From NCBI GenBank assembly GCA_016748015.1, contig JAAOMT010000779.1:1-64000 (forward strand): a stretch of DNA of 64,000 nucleotides, read 5' to 3'. The number at the start of each line of letters is the position of its first letter. The first letter of the stretch is position 1. Shown in pieces: positions 38,028-52,400 of this stretch. This stretch comes from Geosiphon pyriformis uo1. Its lineage: Eukaryota > Fungi > Glomeromycota. The notes under the pieces were generated by a model. It saw nothing but the letters and a program-made list of their open reading frames with translations. It was not told the origin of the DNA and did not search any database. Made by a program: the position numbers and the translations under genes.

Positions 38028-38896
38028 TCATAATAATAATAATAATAATAATCATCATCATCATCATCATCATCATGTTCACATATGTTAATGTGAGTAA
38101 TAAATTAAATTTTTTGATTGATGGATCGAAATATTTTTTTGACTCTCCTAATCTTTTAATTATTTCCTTCTTTAATCTCAGACCATTGGCTTTTTGTCCC
38201 TTTACGATGAAAATGTGTGACGGACATAAAAAAACAATATAAATACTACATATCCCCCATTAATCATTTTATTCATAAAATTCTTTTTATAAATACAAAA
38301 AAATTATTGTCTCCTTTTACTATTTTTTTATTTCCCTTAAAAATTTGGTATATCTCATATGTTTTACTTTTTCTACTCGCGTTTAGAATTCAATCATCTG
38401 ACTCCCGAATCAAACAAACAAACAAAAGGTTCCACGTATTTGTATTTAAATTCATTTCATCCATTCATCTTGTTGCCGACATCATTGTTGTAGCAACTTT
38501 GTTTATATATTCATTTTATATATATATATATATTCACAAACATCATTTCCTTTTACTCTTTCCCTTTCTTCCTTCCACTTTTTCCCTTTCACTACTTCAA
38601 TAATAATTTCCCCGGTATCAATTTGACTTTTTCTTTATATTGTGATCTCATTATTATAATTTTTTTTTTTTAAAAAAAAATCTAGACTATTACTACTACT
38701 ATTACTATTAGTATTAATGAATATATATAACTGTAGCTCTTTAATGATAGTTTCTTATTGTATGCCATCGATCTATAAGTTAGGAATTTTAGTATATAGA
38801 GAAAAGTTTTCGCGTCTCCAGTTTTTTTGTTTTTGTTCTTTTTTATAATTTTGTTTTTGAAAATTGTTCTGTTATTTTGTTCTTTTTATGTTCTTT

Positions 38897-38936
<40 letters not shown>

Positions 38937-39732
38937 GATTTGAACTGTAGATTTAATTAAACAGATCAAATCATTCAAATTTTTATAGTAAAATGTGTTT
39001 TTGGTCTTTTATTAGCAACGCAATTTGAGGTGAGACATTTGGGGTGTCAATTATTATTAGAGGGGTAAAAATGGTTAAAAAAAATGCATTGATTACAAAT
39101 GGCTAATTTTGTGTCAATGAGTAATTATGGTAATTAGAATCAATATTTCCTTCTTCAATTGTAAATAGGATTGCATCATTTTTATCTAAATATATATATT
39201 TGTTTATTTACTTTTACTTTATTTTGATCACCTTTTTTCTCCACGAAATATTATTTCATTATCATCATCATTATCGTCATCATCGATTCAAAAGATTTTT
39301 GTTTCGAAGGGGAATTAGGATGTGATATAGAATAGAGAAAAAGAAAAAGAAAAAGGGAATTGAACGAATTTTTGTTATTTATTTTTTTCTATTATAAAAA
39401 AGATAATCTTCTTTTCGATACAGGTTAAGGTTTATTTTATTGTTGGTTTATTGTTGTTTTTCTTTGAAAAAAAATTTCGAAATTCGAAATTCGAAACTTA
39501 AAAAGTTTTTTTTCTTTAATATTCTTTTGTACTCAAGATAGAAGAAAATAACAGGTAATTTAAAAAAAAAAGAGCTTTATTTTCAAAGCTTTATTTATTT
39601 CACCGAGACTTTGAGTTACTCGATCGGATCTGTCGGTAAAAACTTATTTCACCAATTAATCTTTGTTCATCCAGAGTGTGTTACTATTATTTAAACCTTT
39701 TTTTTTTTTAATATCTTTTTGTTCCTCCTTAT

Positions 39733-39813
39733 TTCTATATCTCTATCTATATCTCTATCTCTATCTCTATCTCTATCTCTATCTCTATCTCTATTTCTAT
39801 TTCTATTTCTATT
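39733..39813. repeat. (CTATCT/CTATTT)n hexamer microsatellite
   Basis: Direct reading of the sequence. Confidence 0.9.
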
Positions 39814-40004
39814 TCATTTCTAAAATCAGTCTTTTGATAATGTATGTACGTACGTATGTATGTATATATGTATGTGTTATATCTATGCATAGATTCATGT
39901 ATATCTATATATCTATCTACGTCAATGCTAATTAGCCGTTAAAAATCCAACGCTACACATGTACGCCTTTTCATTTTTTTTTCTTCATTTTTTCATTTTT
40001 TAAG

Positions 40005-40036
<32 letters not shown>

Positions 40037-40149
40037 GATTAAAAAAAACCAAATATTCGAAAAAAAATATTTTGATCATAAAATAAATTTAAATGGTTAT
40101 TTTCTCATTTCTCATTTCTCGTTTCTCGTTTCTCGTTTTGTGTGTTTCT

Positions 40150-40151
<2 letters not shown>

Positions 40152-40189
<38 letters not shown>

Positions 40190-40200
40190 ATACACACACA
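40152..40200. repeat. (CA)n microsatellite
   Basis: Direct reading of the sequence. Confidence 0.95.
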
Positions 40201-40802
40201 AATATAAACATGAACCATAATAAAATATAACGTAATGTAACGTAACGTAACGCAATGTAACATAATAGAACATATATATTATAATATAATATAATATAAT
40301 ATAATATATATGTTACAAATGAATACGGCACTAAAAGTTTTTATCATACGTATATCAAAGTAACGGGGTAAGATAAAACAAAAAAAAAAGATATTAGATA
40401 TTTTAACTTATTTATTTATTGATTTATTTAGTTATTTATTGATTGATTGATTTATTGATTTATTTATTGATTTACCGAATATACCTCCTTTTTCAAGATT
40501 AAATTAGGTGAACAATGATTTTTTATATGTTTTTTTTATTTTATTTTCCAAAAAAAACTTTCTTCTTATTTATTATTATTATTATTTACTATTTATTATT
40601 TATTATTTATTATTTATTATTATTATTATTTTTATTTTTATTATTATTATTATTTTTATATGTTTAAAATTCTATTCCCGAACATTTATACTTATTTATG
40701 GATATTTTCATTTTGTTTTCTGTTTATGATTTTTTGTATTGTTACACATTTTTTCTCAACTAAGAAAGAAAAGAAAAATAAAACGAATCAAATTATAATC
40801 AA

Positions 40803-40843
<41 letters not shown>

Positions 40844-41345
40844 TAATATAAAAAGTTTACGGGAAAGAAAAAAAACCTGTTTGTATTGTCGTTATTTGCC
40901 TTTTAAATACATATATATTAAACAGATCAACCAATTAAAGCATCGTCGATTCTGATTTTCATTGTTCTTTTTTTGTTTTTGATAACTAAAAATAAAACGA
41001 CGACAACAACGACCACTCGTTAATATGAATTAGCCGAAAATGTTTTAATTTAGAAGCTGAATAAAATATTTTCAATGCACAAGATAAAAATTTTATGTAT
41101 GAATCGCTAAACTGACAGTTCCCTCTTCCTCACTATTAAAAGCTTGTATCATGACTACGTAACACTTAAGCATTAGAACGCATTCTCATACATATCTTTA
41201 CCCCAACCATTTTATCTTCAATCGCACAAAACTTGAAATTTCTAAAAATTTCATTTCCATAATCCTTGATTTTTCCAAAGCTCTGTCTTTTCCTCTCTTC
41301 TACTCTCCTCCTCCTGCTCCTGCTCCTGCTCCTGCTCCTCCTTTT

Positions 41346-42919
41346 CTACTCGACAAATTTTCGAAAGCATAATGAAGCATTCACCCCGCCAAATCCAAAA
41401 CTATTAGTTAACGCGGCACGCACGCGTTTTTGCTGTGCGGTCAACGGTACATAATTAAATTCACGAAATTCAGGTCCGGGCGTTCGCAGATTAAGCGTGG
41501 GCGGTAATATACCCTGATGGTTTAAATAGGAATCATGATAAGTTTCAAATGGATTTAATGATCAAGCCTTCCGAAACGGGTGTGAACAAATCAAGCAAAC
41601 AGGTCTAATAATATTTGAGGAAAATATTGGGGCAAAAAAAAAGTGTATCCAATTTAATAATAATAAAAGAAAAGCTTCAATTAATGAAAAAATGTATTAG
41701 TGTTCTTAAAAAAGCTATACCGAATTGTGTCAAACTCGCAGTTTCTTTCTTTTACCCACACACAATCCTCTTTTGCTTTCCCGCCATCCACTCTTGAATA
41801 TTAACGAGACCAGCCCATGTATGAAAATTTGACACAACCGGAATTATTCGGATAAAAATCTCACACACAAGAAAGCTTCATCACCACCACTACCACCACC
41901 ACCACCACCACCACAACCACAACCACAACCATCACCCCTCCTGAGCTCATAGAAAAATTTCTCTTTTCGTAAAATTTCTCAGTTCCACACATGACCCCAC
42001 TTCAATGTATGATGGGTCATAAATGTAACACTTCATACCTCATGTATCGTTAAAATAGTGAAGATGGCCTCAACTGCCCCAGCCGCGCCCAACAAATGCC
42101 CGATCGCTCCTTTTGTGGAAGATACTGCTAAAATATCGGTCCCTTCGAGATTATTATTGCTTCCATTTCTTGTTCTCGTTCTTGTTGGAAATAAGCTTGC
42201 TATCGCGCGATTCTCTGCAAGATCACCCAATACTGTTGACGTAGCATGCGCATTTATATAGTCAATTTCTCCGTTTAATGGATCTATATTTGCAAATTGT
42301 AATGCACGACGCATAGCAAGTGCTGCACCACTGCCGTCCTCTAGTGGCGCTGTCATATGATACGCATCACCTGTTCAACGAGGGGGTAAATTCATTGTGG
42401 CGAGGTGAATGATAAAGAATATGTTTAATGGTAAAAGAAATTAAAAAAATGTATTGACGAATTCAAAAAATAAAATTTTCTATTGTGATTCTTGCCTGAC
42501 AATCCGTAACCACAAAGTTCGGCGTAAATTCGTGCCCCTCGATTTCGTGCATGTTCAAATTCCTAAACAAGTTATTTTTAGGACGTCGAGATGTTGATGC
42601 AAACACAAACGTTATAATTTTTATAGATCATCATACGAGGAGAATCAAAACTTTTTAGCCTTTCCACCTTTATAATAAATGATCCTCCTTACTTCAAGAA
42701 CAATAAATGATCCTCCTTACTTCAAGAACAATAGCCCCGGCACCTTCACCAATCACGAATCCCTCCCGATCTTGATCAAAGGGTCTTGATGCTTCTGCTG
42801 GATGATCATTAAATTTTGTCGATAAAGACTTTGCTCTGGCGAGAGAGGTTGAAAAAGGATTTGAATTTTTCGGTTTCAAATAACAATAACAACAACAACA
42901 ACAATAATAATAATAATAC

Positions 42920-42955
<36 letters not shown>

Positions 42956-44047
42956 TACTACAGATATTAAAGCAAAAAATTCCAACTTTGCAAATCCTGC
43001 AATAGCTAATGGATGTATACATGACTCCGAGCCACCTGCAACCATCACATCAGCGTCTCCAAATTTAATAAATCTCGACGCGTCACCAATAGAGTGTGCG
43101 CCAGTGGTGCATGCCGTGGATACCGCATGATTAGGACCCTAATAAAAAAAAGGAAAACGGCTGCTAAATATTGCCGTATAAATGAGTTTCAAAGATAACA
43201 GTGATGATCACGGTGATAGTCTTTATGTAATCTTCATCAGGAGATTATTGAATTAAACAAAATTATATGAATTGTTTTAAAGGCTTACACGAAATCCGTA
43301 TTTCATGGTCAAGTGGCCGGCGGCCATGTTAATTAAAATCTTTGGGACAAACATTGGTGATACTTTACGATGTCCCTAAATATTTAATATAATTTCAATA
43401 TGAGAAGATATAGCAAGAGCTTTATAAATGCAAATAAAGTAACCTGTTCATCATATGTTCTTGATGTTGAGATTACATCCTCTAAACTTCCGATCCCTGA
43501 TCCTAGACATACACCCTATCAAGTCAAAATTTTGTAAAAATATATTTCAAAATTTCATCCAACTATAAATATATCAATATACCGTTCTCTCTTTCTCTAA
43601 ATCTGAATCAGGTTTCCATTCAGCATCCACTAATGCTTGTTTAGCAGCTACAATTGCAAATTGTGTGAACAATGCCATCTTACGTTGATCCTAGTCAATT
43701 GACAACAAAATTTAAATAAAAATAATAACCTCCAAATGCTTTGATGAAAATCGAGATTTTACCCCAGGATCCAACCATTCTTCCGGATCAAAACCATCAT
43801 TTTTTATTTTTCCACGTGGAACTACTGCCCCTACTGTCGAAGCTAAGCCTTCAAACCCATGATAGGGTGACGTTGTATCAAAGTTATCATGATCTTCTCC
43901 ATTCTTAATCTTTTTTCTGGTTTGCAATAAAGATATTATGGCGCATCTACTATTTATTAATGCTTTCCAAGTGGCTTGGACACCTGTAGCCAACGGAGTG
44001 ACAAGACCAAGGCCAGTAACCACCACACGACGTTGTGGGCCAATCAT
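41346..44047 (-). CDS. CEM1: Mitochondrial beta-ketoacyl-ACP synthase (FabF/OXSM-like), 9 exons, ~461 aa
   Basis: Exons 44047-43763, 43690-43583, 43515-43444, 43375-43289, 43138-42987, 42835-42721, 42562-42496, 42370-42039 and 41513-41346 splice in phase. Motifs [16 protein letters not shown] (catalytic Cys), [30 protein letters not shown] and NSFGFGG. Confidence 0.93.
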
Positions 44048-44207
44048 TTAAAGTTGAAATTCTATGAAATTTTTTAATCATTAAAACTTGAGTTAATCAA
44101 AAAGTCACATGTTATTTTTGATGCGTGTCCTAGATCGCTATAACTGATTGGGTCCTGCAATCAATCTTCCCAAATCTTTTTACGCGTCAAGAAAAGCCAA
44201 CTTCGCA
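44048..44207. promoter_or_regulatory. Putative 160-bp bidirectional promoter between CEM1 and DAD2
   Basis: Divergent ATGs at 44047 and 44208. Contains ACGCGT at 44182-44187 and GTCACATG near 44104. Confidence 0.5.
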
Positions 44208-44905
44208 ATGGCAACGAACAATTTCAACAACACCAACAATAATCAAAACAACCCTTTCTCAGTTCCACCTATTCAATTGCAAAGGCAACAACTTTCACAA
44301 GTTCTAACTGTATCACCAACCCTTCTTGAAAAACTTCAAGAGAAGCAACTCGAATACGAGAATTTGGTACTGGTGAAAGAGACCTCGGCTCAGCTCGCAG
44401 CGCACTTTACTGCATTAGCTGAACGACTGGAGGAGTTAAATGGCGGTTGTCAAGGTATTTCTTAATTTTGTACTATATTTAAGAAATATTTCCGGTTATA
44501 ATTTTTTTTTTTACCTGGACCTCTCTTAATTCTTAGCAGTGGCAAATGTTTTAAGTAATTGGCAAACAGTTTTCAAGGCAGTAATGATGACTGGTAATTT
44601 AAAATACAGACTTTGCTTTCTTACCTTTGGAATCTCGAAACTAAGGAAAATCTCGCAAATTCTTAGAAACCAACTCTGGTTTTATAAATCCCAACATCAA
44701 TCCCTCCGATTCTACACAAAGTACGACCCAAAACCGTGAAGACCAACAGAGTAAAAATAATCACAATAATGAGGATGTTTCCGAAGAGGCAAAACATAAA
44801 GTTCAGCCATCTCAATCACTTTTGTCATCACCACAAGAAGCTATCGAAAAAAATGAACAGCTTAGCATACCAGTACTCGTGCGTATCTCAACCAAAAAAA
44901 CTTGA
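44208..44905 (+). CDS. DAD2: DASH/Dam1 kinetochore complex subunit Dad2, 3 exons (44208-44454, 44537-44593, 44667-44905), ~180 aa
   Basis: KLQEKQLEYENL..SAQLAAHF..LEEL..G.QAVANVLSNW..VFKA and C-terminal PVLVRI match the Dad2 pattern. Canonical in-phase introns. Confidence 0.8.
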
Positions 44906-47900
44906 GCTTATGGGCTGCTGCAACAAAACCAGGTAAAGTGAACATCAAAGTAATTGTGGCCTGGTCGTAAGGTGTCTCTTTCTTTTATGTAGCATTCTGT
45001 ACTTGTTTTTTTTTTAACATGATGAAAATAGCAAAACTAGTTTTATATCTTTTATCAGTTAAAAATTTTTTTTTTACAAACATTGGGATTTGTGTATTGA
45101 TATTTTTGAATTTATTTTTTACTAAATGAACATTTTAATACATGAATTTATGGCACTTTTATTTTACAACAACATTAATAAAAAATTTTGTGGTTAAAAA
45201 CAGAAAACCAGTTTTTATACATTTAATAAGAACATTTACAATAATTATAATTTTAAAAGCTATTTTTTTAAAATTATTATTAACTTTTATAATTAATATA
45301 ATATTTAATTGTAATATATATTATTGTTTTAATTTGAATTATAAACAAATAGTTTGTATATTAAAATAGTTTTTTTTTATTTTAAATAAATTTTTATTAT
45401 ACTAAATTTTTTATTAGTTATTTAATGTATTTTTTAAATTAAATTTTTTATTTATTTAATAGTTTTTTTTTTAGTTAATAATAATGATTATTATTATTAT
45501 TATTATAATCTATATACAATTAAAACAAATTAATTAATTAATTATTTATTTATTTAATAATTAAATTATGTTAATTTTTTTTTAATTGTAATTGGTTTTA
45601 TTTTTAATTTTACTAATTTTTTAATATAAATTGTCAATTGTTTAATTAAATATATATATATTAATTAATTTTAATAATAATTTTTATAATATATGTTATA
45701 TAAATTTAATATTATAACAATAATTTTGTTTCTAAATTAATCAAAAATAATTAATCACAATATATATATATATAATATTTTTTTATTTTTTGTTTTTGTT
45801 TTTTAATTATTATTATTAAAATTATTTTTATTTATATTTCATAAATAATTTTTATAAATCAGAAATTGTAAATTAATTCTATTTAATTCTATTATTTACA
45901 ATAATTTTAATATAATAAATTTATTAAAATCGATTAAATAAAAACAATAAATTATTATTTAATAAATTATTAATTAATTAATTAATTAATAAAATAATAT
46001 TAATTATAAAAATAAAAATTATTATAACTAAAAAAAGGAAAATATATATTAGATACTATTTAATCATCAAGAAAAATGTTAACGAGACAAAAAATTAATA
46101 CTTTTAAAATTTTCGTGTACCCGATTTTACTTATTTTGACAAATTTAGGTAATAAAAGTATTAAAGAAAACGTGTTTGAAAGAACAAAGAATTTTTAGTG
46201 CATATTTTCACCAAATTGGTGTTTCAAACTTTCAAATTTTTTTTAAACATTTCAATTTAATAGATTAGATATCAATAAGAAATTCATTCCCAATAACGGT
46301 TAAATTTTGTGTGTACCCCCATAGTTTCCAATTACTTTCTTTCTCATACTTTTAAATCTCATTTATTCGATAAACTTTTTTAATTAAAAAGTACAAAAAT
46401 AATGAACGGTCAAATCAAGGATCACGATTAAAAGAAAAATTCAAACCCCAATTTTTTTTTACTTCGATTTCTGGTTAAGTTTTCAACTTCTCTAACGCGT
46501 CCGAGATGACTCCTGGATTTAAAAGACACGTGAAAAAATCAGTTATTAGTTTTATGGAAAAATCTGCAATATCCGAGAGATTGTTGTACAGACTCTATTA
46601 AACAGTTATCAAAATTATTAGATACATCTTTACAGTCTTTTTCTTTTATTTTGTGCGAGGTTTTCTTGTTAAAATTCGAGTAAGTTTACAAGTTTATAGA
46701 ATTGGTAAAAAAATGTCAGATTATTATTTTTGGAAAATGGTAACATGATAAGGTTTACTCTCTATTTCTCTAGTCTCGGCTTTCTTAATAATTGATTATC
46801 ACATCCTCATCCTGATCCTGATCCTGATCCTGATCCTCAATCATCACCCGAAAAAAATCCAACTCCTGTTAATAATATTATATGCATCAATTTATAATTT
46901 AATTAGAATTACATATAAATAAACTTATACACAAATAGTATGCTTGCCAAAAAGATCAATGAAGTTGCCATATAATTTTTATAATTTTCCATTCCCTCCA
47001 AGCTTAATTCTAGCCAGGAAAGGGCATTAAAAATCAGGGACTTGGCATTTCAAGTAAAACTTGTTTTCTCTTATGAAAAAAAAATAATAATTTAAGAGGG
47101 AATTTGTCTATTAACACATGTACTACGGCAAACCTCTATAATTTTGTTATAGAATTCAATGAAAACCTGTTAAGATGATTTAGTTTTTACTATCTCCTTT
47201 GGGAAAACATATTTTTCAGAAAATCATGCGGTAAATCTTTTCATACGTAAATAATATATATGGGATATCATTTAACAAGTTTTAGTGAGTGGTATGATAG
47301 TATGATGTTTATGATGTTATGATCATAATAATAATAATAATAATAATTTTAATCATATAAAATAGAAACAAAGAACATCTCCTTTTTAAAATTATTACTG
47401 AACTTTTTCAGAGTTTAATGAAATATGGTAAGATTTTTTCTATTAACTGGGGACTGATCAGATGGTTGTTTGATTTACCTGGGAAATTTGAAACACAAGA
47501 AAAAAATCAGCTAACTTAAAATGAAAAGCTTTTAGAAAGATGTCACAGTTTAAGAAGTTTAACCGCTTCAATTTTAGTGACCAATTTTATTACCCATTAT
47601 ACAAACTTTTACACACATATATTCTTTTGACTCAAGCCTGACTCGGGAAAAAAGAAGGTTATCAATTTTTGAATAAACTAAAAATATATATACTTTTGAA
47701 TTTTGCTAATCTTTCTTCCCAAACATAATAGCTATTGTTCAAGTTGAACCCACTTTGTGTTATCTTTCACTTTCTAATTGTTACATCTCTGTCATGATAT
47801 CATCATCACAAGAATGAACAATAGGTTCAACTCAACACTTTTGAAAAGTACTTAAAGAAAGGAGGGCAGGTAAGAAAGAATAAGAATAAGAATAAGAATA

Positions 47901-48816
47901 AGAAGAAGAATAGAAAATTTTTTTTTGTACGTTTTAATTCAATCAACAATCATGCGGTTACTTCTGATCCTGGGTTGCTCTTTTACTTCATCAAAATACA
48001 TTAGTCAGGAGTCTGATATATTTTCAAAATTATTTTTCTTTCTCGAAAACAAATAGAACCTACATTTGATTATATAAAGACATCGCAGCAAATAAAAATT
48101 TAGAAAAAGACCCCCAGAAAAAAATATTTATCTTTGGATGAATTGAGCTGAAAGAAACAATAAAGATAATCAAAAAAAATTGCCGAGATGTATTTATTTA
48201 TAAATAAAATCTCCGATTTACACTGTTCCCAATGATCTTAAAAAGAAAGTCTCTTTTTCTCGGGAATGATGTACCAAAAATTTCAGGATCTTTTTAAACT
48301 ATTTTCTATGACATTCTAACCAATTTAAATTTTTTTTTTCACACTCAAAATTTTAAATGATACTAAAAAAGATGGCGATTCTTGTAAATATTTACAAAAT
48401 ATTGAAAATTACATTCATTCAGTAATCCCTATATACGTACTGCTGATGATCTTTTAAAATAAAAAAAATTTTGAGAGCTTTTTTTTTTTTATCACTCTTT
48501 TGTGTAAATTTATTTTTTGATACCCAAACTATATTAAGTTTTTTTTTTTTAATAAAGTCAGAAACTAGTCACACAAATCTTTATTATTAAAATTAATTTA
48601 AAATTTAAAAATATTTCGATACCATTTTTTATATTGGTTTCAAAACTTATAAACATATGTAAAGTCACTGAAAAAATTAGATAAATTTCGTGTAAATTAT
48701 AATGAATTTACTTAATTGTTTCAATAAATCATTAAAATCATTCCTTAAAAACAATTTTAATATTTAATCATAATTAAAAAATTAAATATAACAACAATAA
48801 CAACAACAACAACAAC

Positions 48817-48847
<31 letters not shown>

Positions 48848-49411
48848 TTTGTATATTAAAGCTCAAAATATTTTATTTAAATTTTTAAAACATATATATA
48901 AAATTATAAAAATTATATTATCAAAGTTTTATTTAATTATAAATTGTTAATATTTTTTACTATTCTTGTTCATACTTTTTGAATAAAAATATTAATAATT
49001 TTAATCTAATTTCCTTAATTTAATTAATGTGTTAATTATATAACTTTTTTTATTTAAAATATTTATTTTTCATAATATTCTTGATCTAATAATAAAATAT
49101 TTATTTATTTCTATACTCAATTTTTAAATATCTAATATTGAATTTGCTGCTTATTCAAATTTTAATTTATTTTCTTTCCTCATCAACACATTTTCCTAAT
49201 AAATAAAAAACGATTATAAAACATCTATGTTTTTAAATAACAATCGTAACATTAATAAATGAAGTCTTATATATTTAAAAAAGCGTCACCTGTAATACTA
49301 TACATGAATCATGGATGATATAATACAAATAATATTAAAGTCTTCTTTGCTAGAACGTAAAATTTTTTTTGATGATCCCCTAATAGTATGAACTTTTGAT
49401 TCATGTGTGGA

Positions 49412-52400
49412 TTATTTCTTAATGGGAAGACGTTTTGGAGGACTAAGTGCTCTTGATGGTTTAGACCCATCGCTATTACTCATCCTTCGACCCTTAAATT
49501 CCGCATTACCAGTCGAAGCAACACCGTGAACCCCTTGAGTGAAACCTCCTCCACCAGAACCAGCAGCCATGACACCCGTTCGATCACCTGTGACTGATTG
49601 GGCCAATTTACCTGATTGATTCACATTGTTGGGTTGCTGAGGTCTATCGCGATCACGGACACGACGACTACCTTTTGTGGTTCCGTTAGCGCGGCCAATA
49701 GACTGTAGAGCTACAATATTCATCATAATAATAGTTCCGAATTTTAAAATTGAAGGATTATATATTCAGCTTGGAATTCAAAAGAAGAAACGAATAATTA
49801 TTTTGAATAACCTCCTAATTCATTACATTGTTTTCGTGTTTTTTCATGCTTGGCTTGTACTGCCCGAAAATCTACTAATAAGTCTTGCCATTTGATGCCC
49901 TCATCCTTCAAGTTAATGGCGGTTTTTATTACCCGTGGCTTCATATCCGATGTTGAATTACTAAAGAGCAAATCGTCTAAATTATAACGTTAATGCGTAT
50001 ATTTTGAAATAAATTATTTCTCACCTTTTTGGCACTAAATGCAAGAAACCCATCGCATTAACACTGTTCAAACGGTTTCTCAAGGTGGCAAATGCGCTAC
50101 TTTGTGGAAGCAACATCAGCACTCCATATAAACATTTAAAAAGATGTGGATACTTTTCTGGCTCCAGTAATTGAAGACGAAGATCTATTTGTAAAAGGAC
50201 AAAAAATAGTATTAATAATTCTTTTTTGAGTTATAGCTTTTTAAAGGGAGAGTTTGAATTCAATTTTAATACATGTAAAAACCGGTGATTCTAATAACTG
50301 AACCAATTTGTCAATCTGAATAAGAATGTTCACCGTTATATCTAGTTCAGCGCTTGTATGATCAAGATGATTTCAGAAAATAAGTATATCACACAAAATG
50401 AACTTCAACCCAAAAAAAAATCAATCAACTAACAAGCTTTGTAATAAATTCGCAGCGTGCTCATATGCTTGGGCCAAAAGGCAAAGTGAAAAGGTGGCGA
50501 CAGGATTATGAGACCAAGATTTGTAAATAATCGTAAACAACATCTGTCCGTCTTTAGTTTCCAGACTCTTGAGACGTTTACGTAGATCAGAGAGTTCAGG
50601 TGATGTGATGAGGATAATATTAAGATTTTGAACCATAGTTGAGGCAAAATCCAAATCCTAGAAATTAAAAAAAGTAAGCGTCCGTTAATATATCGAGAAA
50701 AACCAAACCAAAAACTCAATATACCTCTTCTTTTTCTAAAATTTCCGCAAAACTGCGGTATATTCGCTCTGAGTTAAGACTCAAACATAATTGCCTGATG
50801 ATCAAACTTCCTCTTGATTCCAATAAGCCTCGATCGGTACAAAATAGGTTCAAAAGACTAACCATAAACCTTCTAAAATATTCATCCTCTGAGTTTGAAG
50901 AAATTTGGGCAAGAAGTTGGAGATCACATTTTACGACCTTATTTTAAGAAGCAAAAAAAATATTTGTGTTTTTCGACAATAATAAAAAACCTGAAATTTA
51001 AAATCTTAATTACTCACCTCTTCAGAGGAGTCTGATAAGGTTTTTACCAATGTTGGAAAGGTACCATCATCAATGGCGAGAATCTATTGATGTTTTTAAT
51101 TTAAAATACGTAAAAAAGGCCCCCAAAATGCAGATCATCTATAATAATATATCATTTAAAGAAACCTTCTTTGGCGCTTTTTTGTGAAGCATTGATAGCC
51201 ATTCCAAACTTGCAACCCGTGTCTCTTGATGATCATTCATAAGTTGAAGCATCAGGGTATCAACTGTAACTTGATAATCAAATGGATCACTCGCATTTTT
51301 ATTTATATCTCTTTTTGAAGGTAGAATTGTGCGTTGAGGTGATTTTTCGCCATTTGGAGATGTTGCTAATATCATGGTTGAGAACATAGACTGTGATCCA
51401 AGAGAAACACTTTCTTTTACCGTTGAAAATGCAGGTAAGGAAGCTGTTGGAGTCTCGACGATAAGCTTATAAAGATTTTGATTGGCTTCTATGGCACTAT
51501 TTTTGATCAGTAAAATAAGACTGGTCAAGGACACATTGAGTGATATTAAAACTGATACTCAAAAATTTATATAATAAAAGGATATTTTTAACAGCGTGAG
51601 CAAGTGATGGCAAAATAGCAGCTATCAATTGTGGAGTGAACGGAACTATGACATCTTTTGCAAGAAGAATAAATTCATTTATCCATCTAAGAGCTGTTTC
51701 TTGTATCTCCTCCTCTGTAAATAATGTAAATTCATTGACAAAAATGATATCAGTATAGGAATGACTCTCTGAATAAATACCAATAACTCACCTTGCGAAC
51801 TCAAATGTGGCATTAATATTTCGACGATACGCGTATAGTTGATAACAACACCTTGACCCGGAACCCATGAGCCCTTTCCTTTCCCTTCACTTTCAATGAT
51901 AGATATTGCATCCCAGTTAATTTCATTTCCATCAGACAAAGCTTTTGTCAATAAACCTTCCTCGAGTAGATCACCATCCTTTGTAATCTCTCCTACGTCA
52001 TTTGAACTTTCTGAGGCGGCCATCATTCTCCTTTGTTGTTCCATATAGTAATTTTTTATTGCTTGAGTTTTCTGTTGTTCTCTAACCTCGACAGCCTCCC
52101 GAATTTGTAACAAGAAATTGGCAAGAACCGCGGATGTGGCGTGTCTCACCTCTAATTTATTCTTATCACTCAGAAAATCCAAAAGACCATCAAGAAAGTG
52201 GGGAAGGAATGAAACAAGTTCGAGGTCAGGGATAGAGTCTAGAACTGTGATCCATGACACCAGAAAAGTGCGTGTGAATGGATTTTTAACTTTAATACGC
52301 TCAGAGAGCAATGGTATTAAACGTTCTAGCGAAAAAGCAGTTGTACGCGGCATGGAGACTGGTGTTGTGGAATCATCTTCAATAATGCTTCCTGACATTC

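Noticed and set aside
34848-41454. Short ORFs with poly-M, poly-Y, LY, CV, poly-I or poly-L tracts
   Set aside because: Translations of microsatellites.
46050-48700. Moderate-GC gene-free interval as a possible ncRNA locus (e.g. U1-like atttacctgg near 47473)
   Set aside because: No complete snRNA, snoRNA or tRNA structure was recognisable; an Infernal/Rfam scan would be needed.
50353-50433. Possible second U12 intron in VAC14 (tcttgat..ac near the acceptor)
   Set aside because: The donor is GTTAGT without the ATCCTT consensus and a normal AG restores the frame. A past U12-to-U2 conversion cannot be shown from this sequence.
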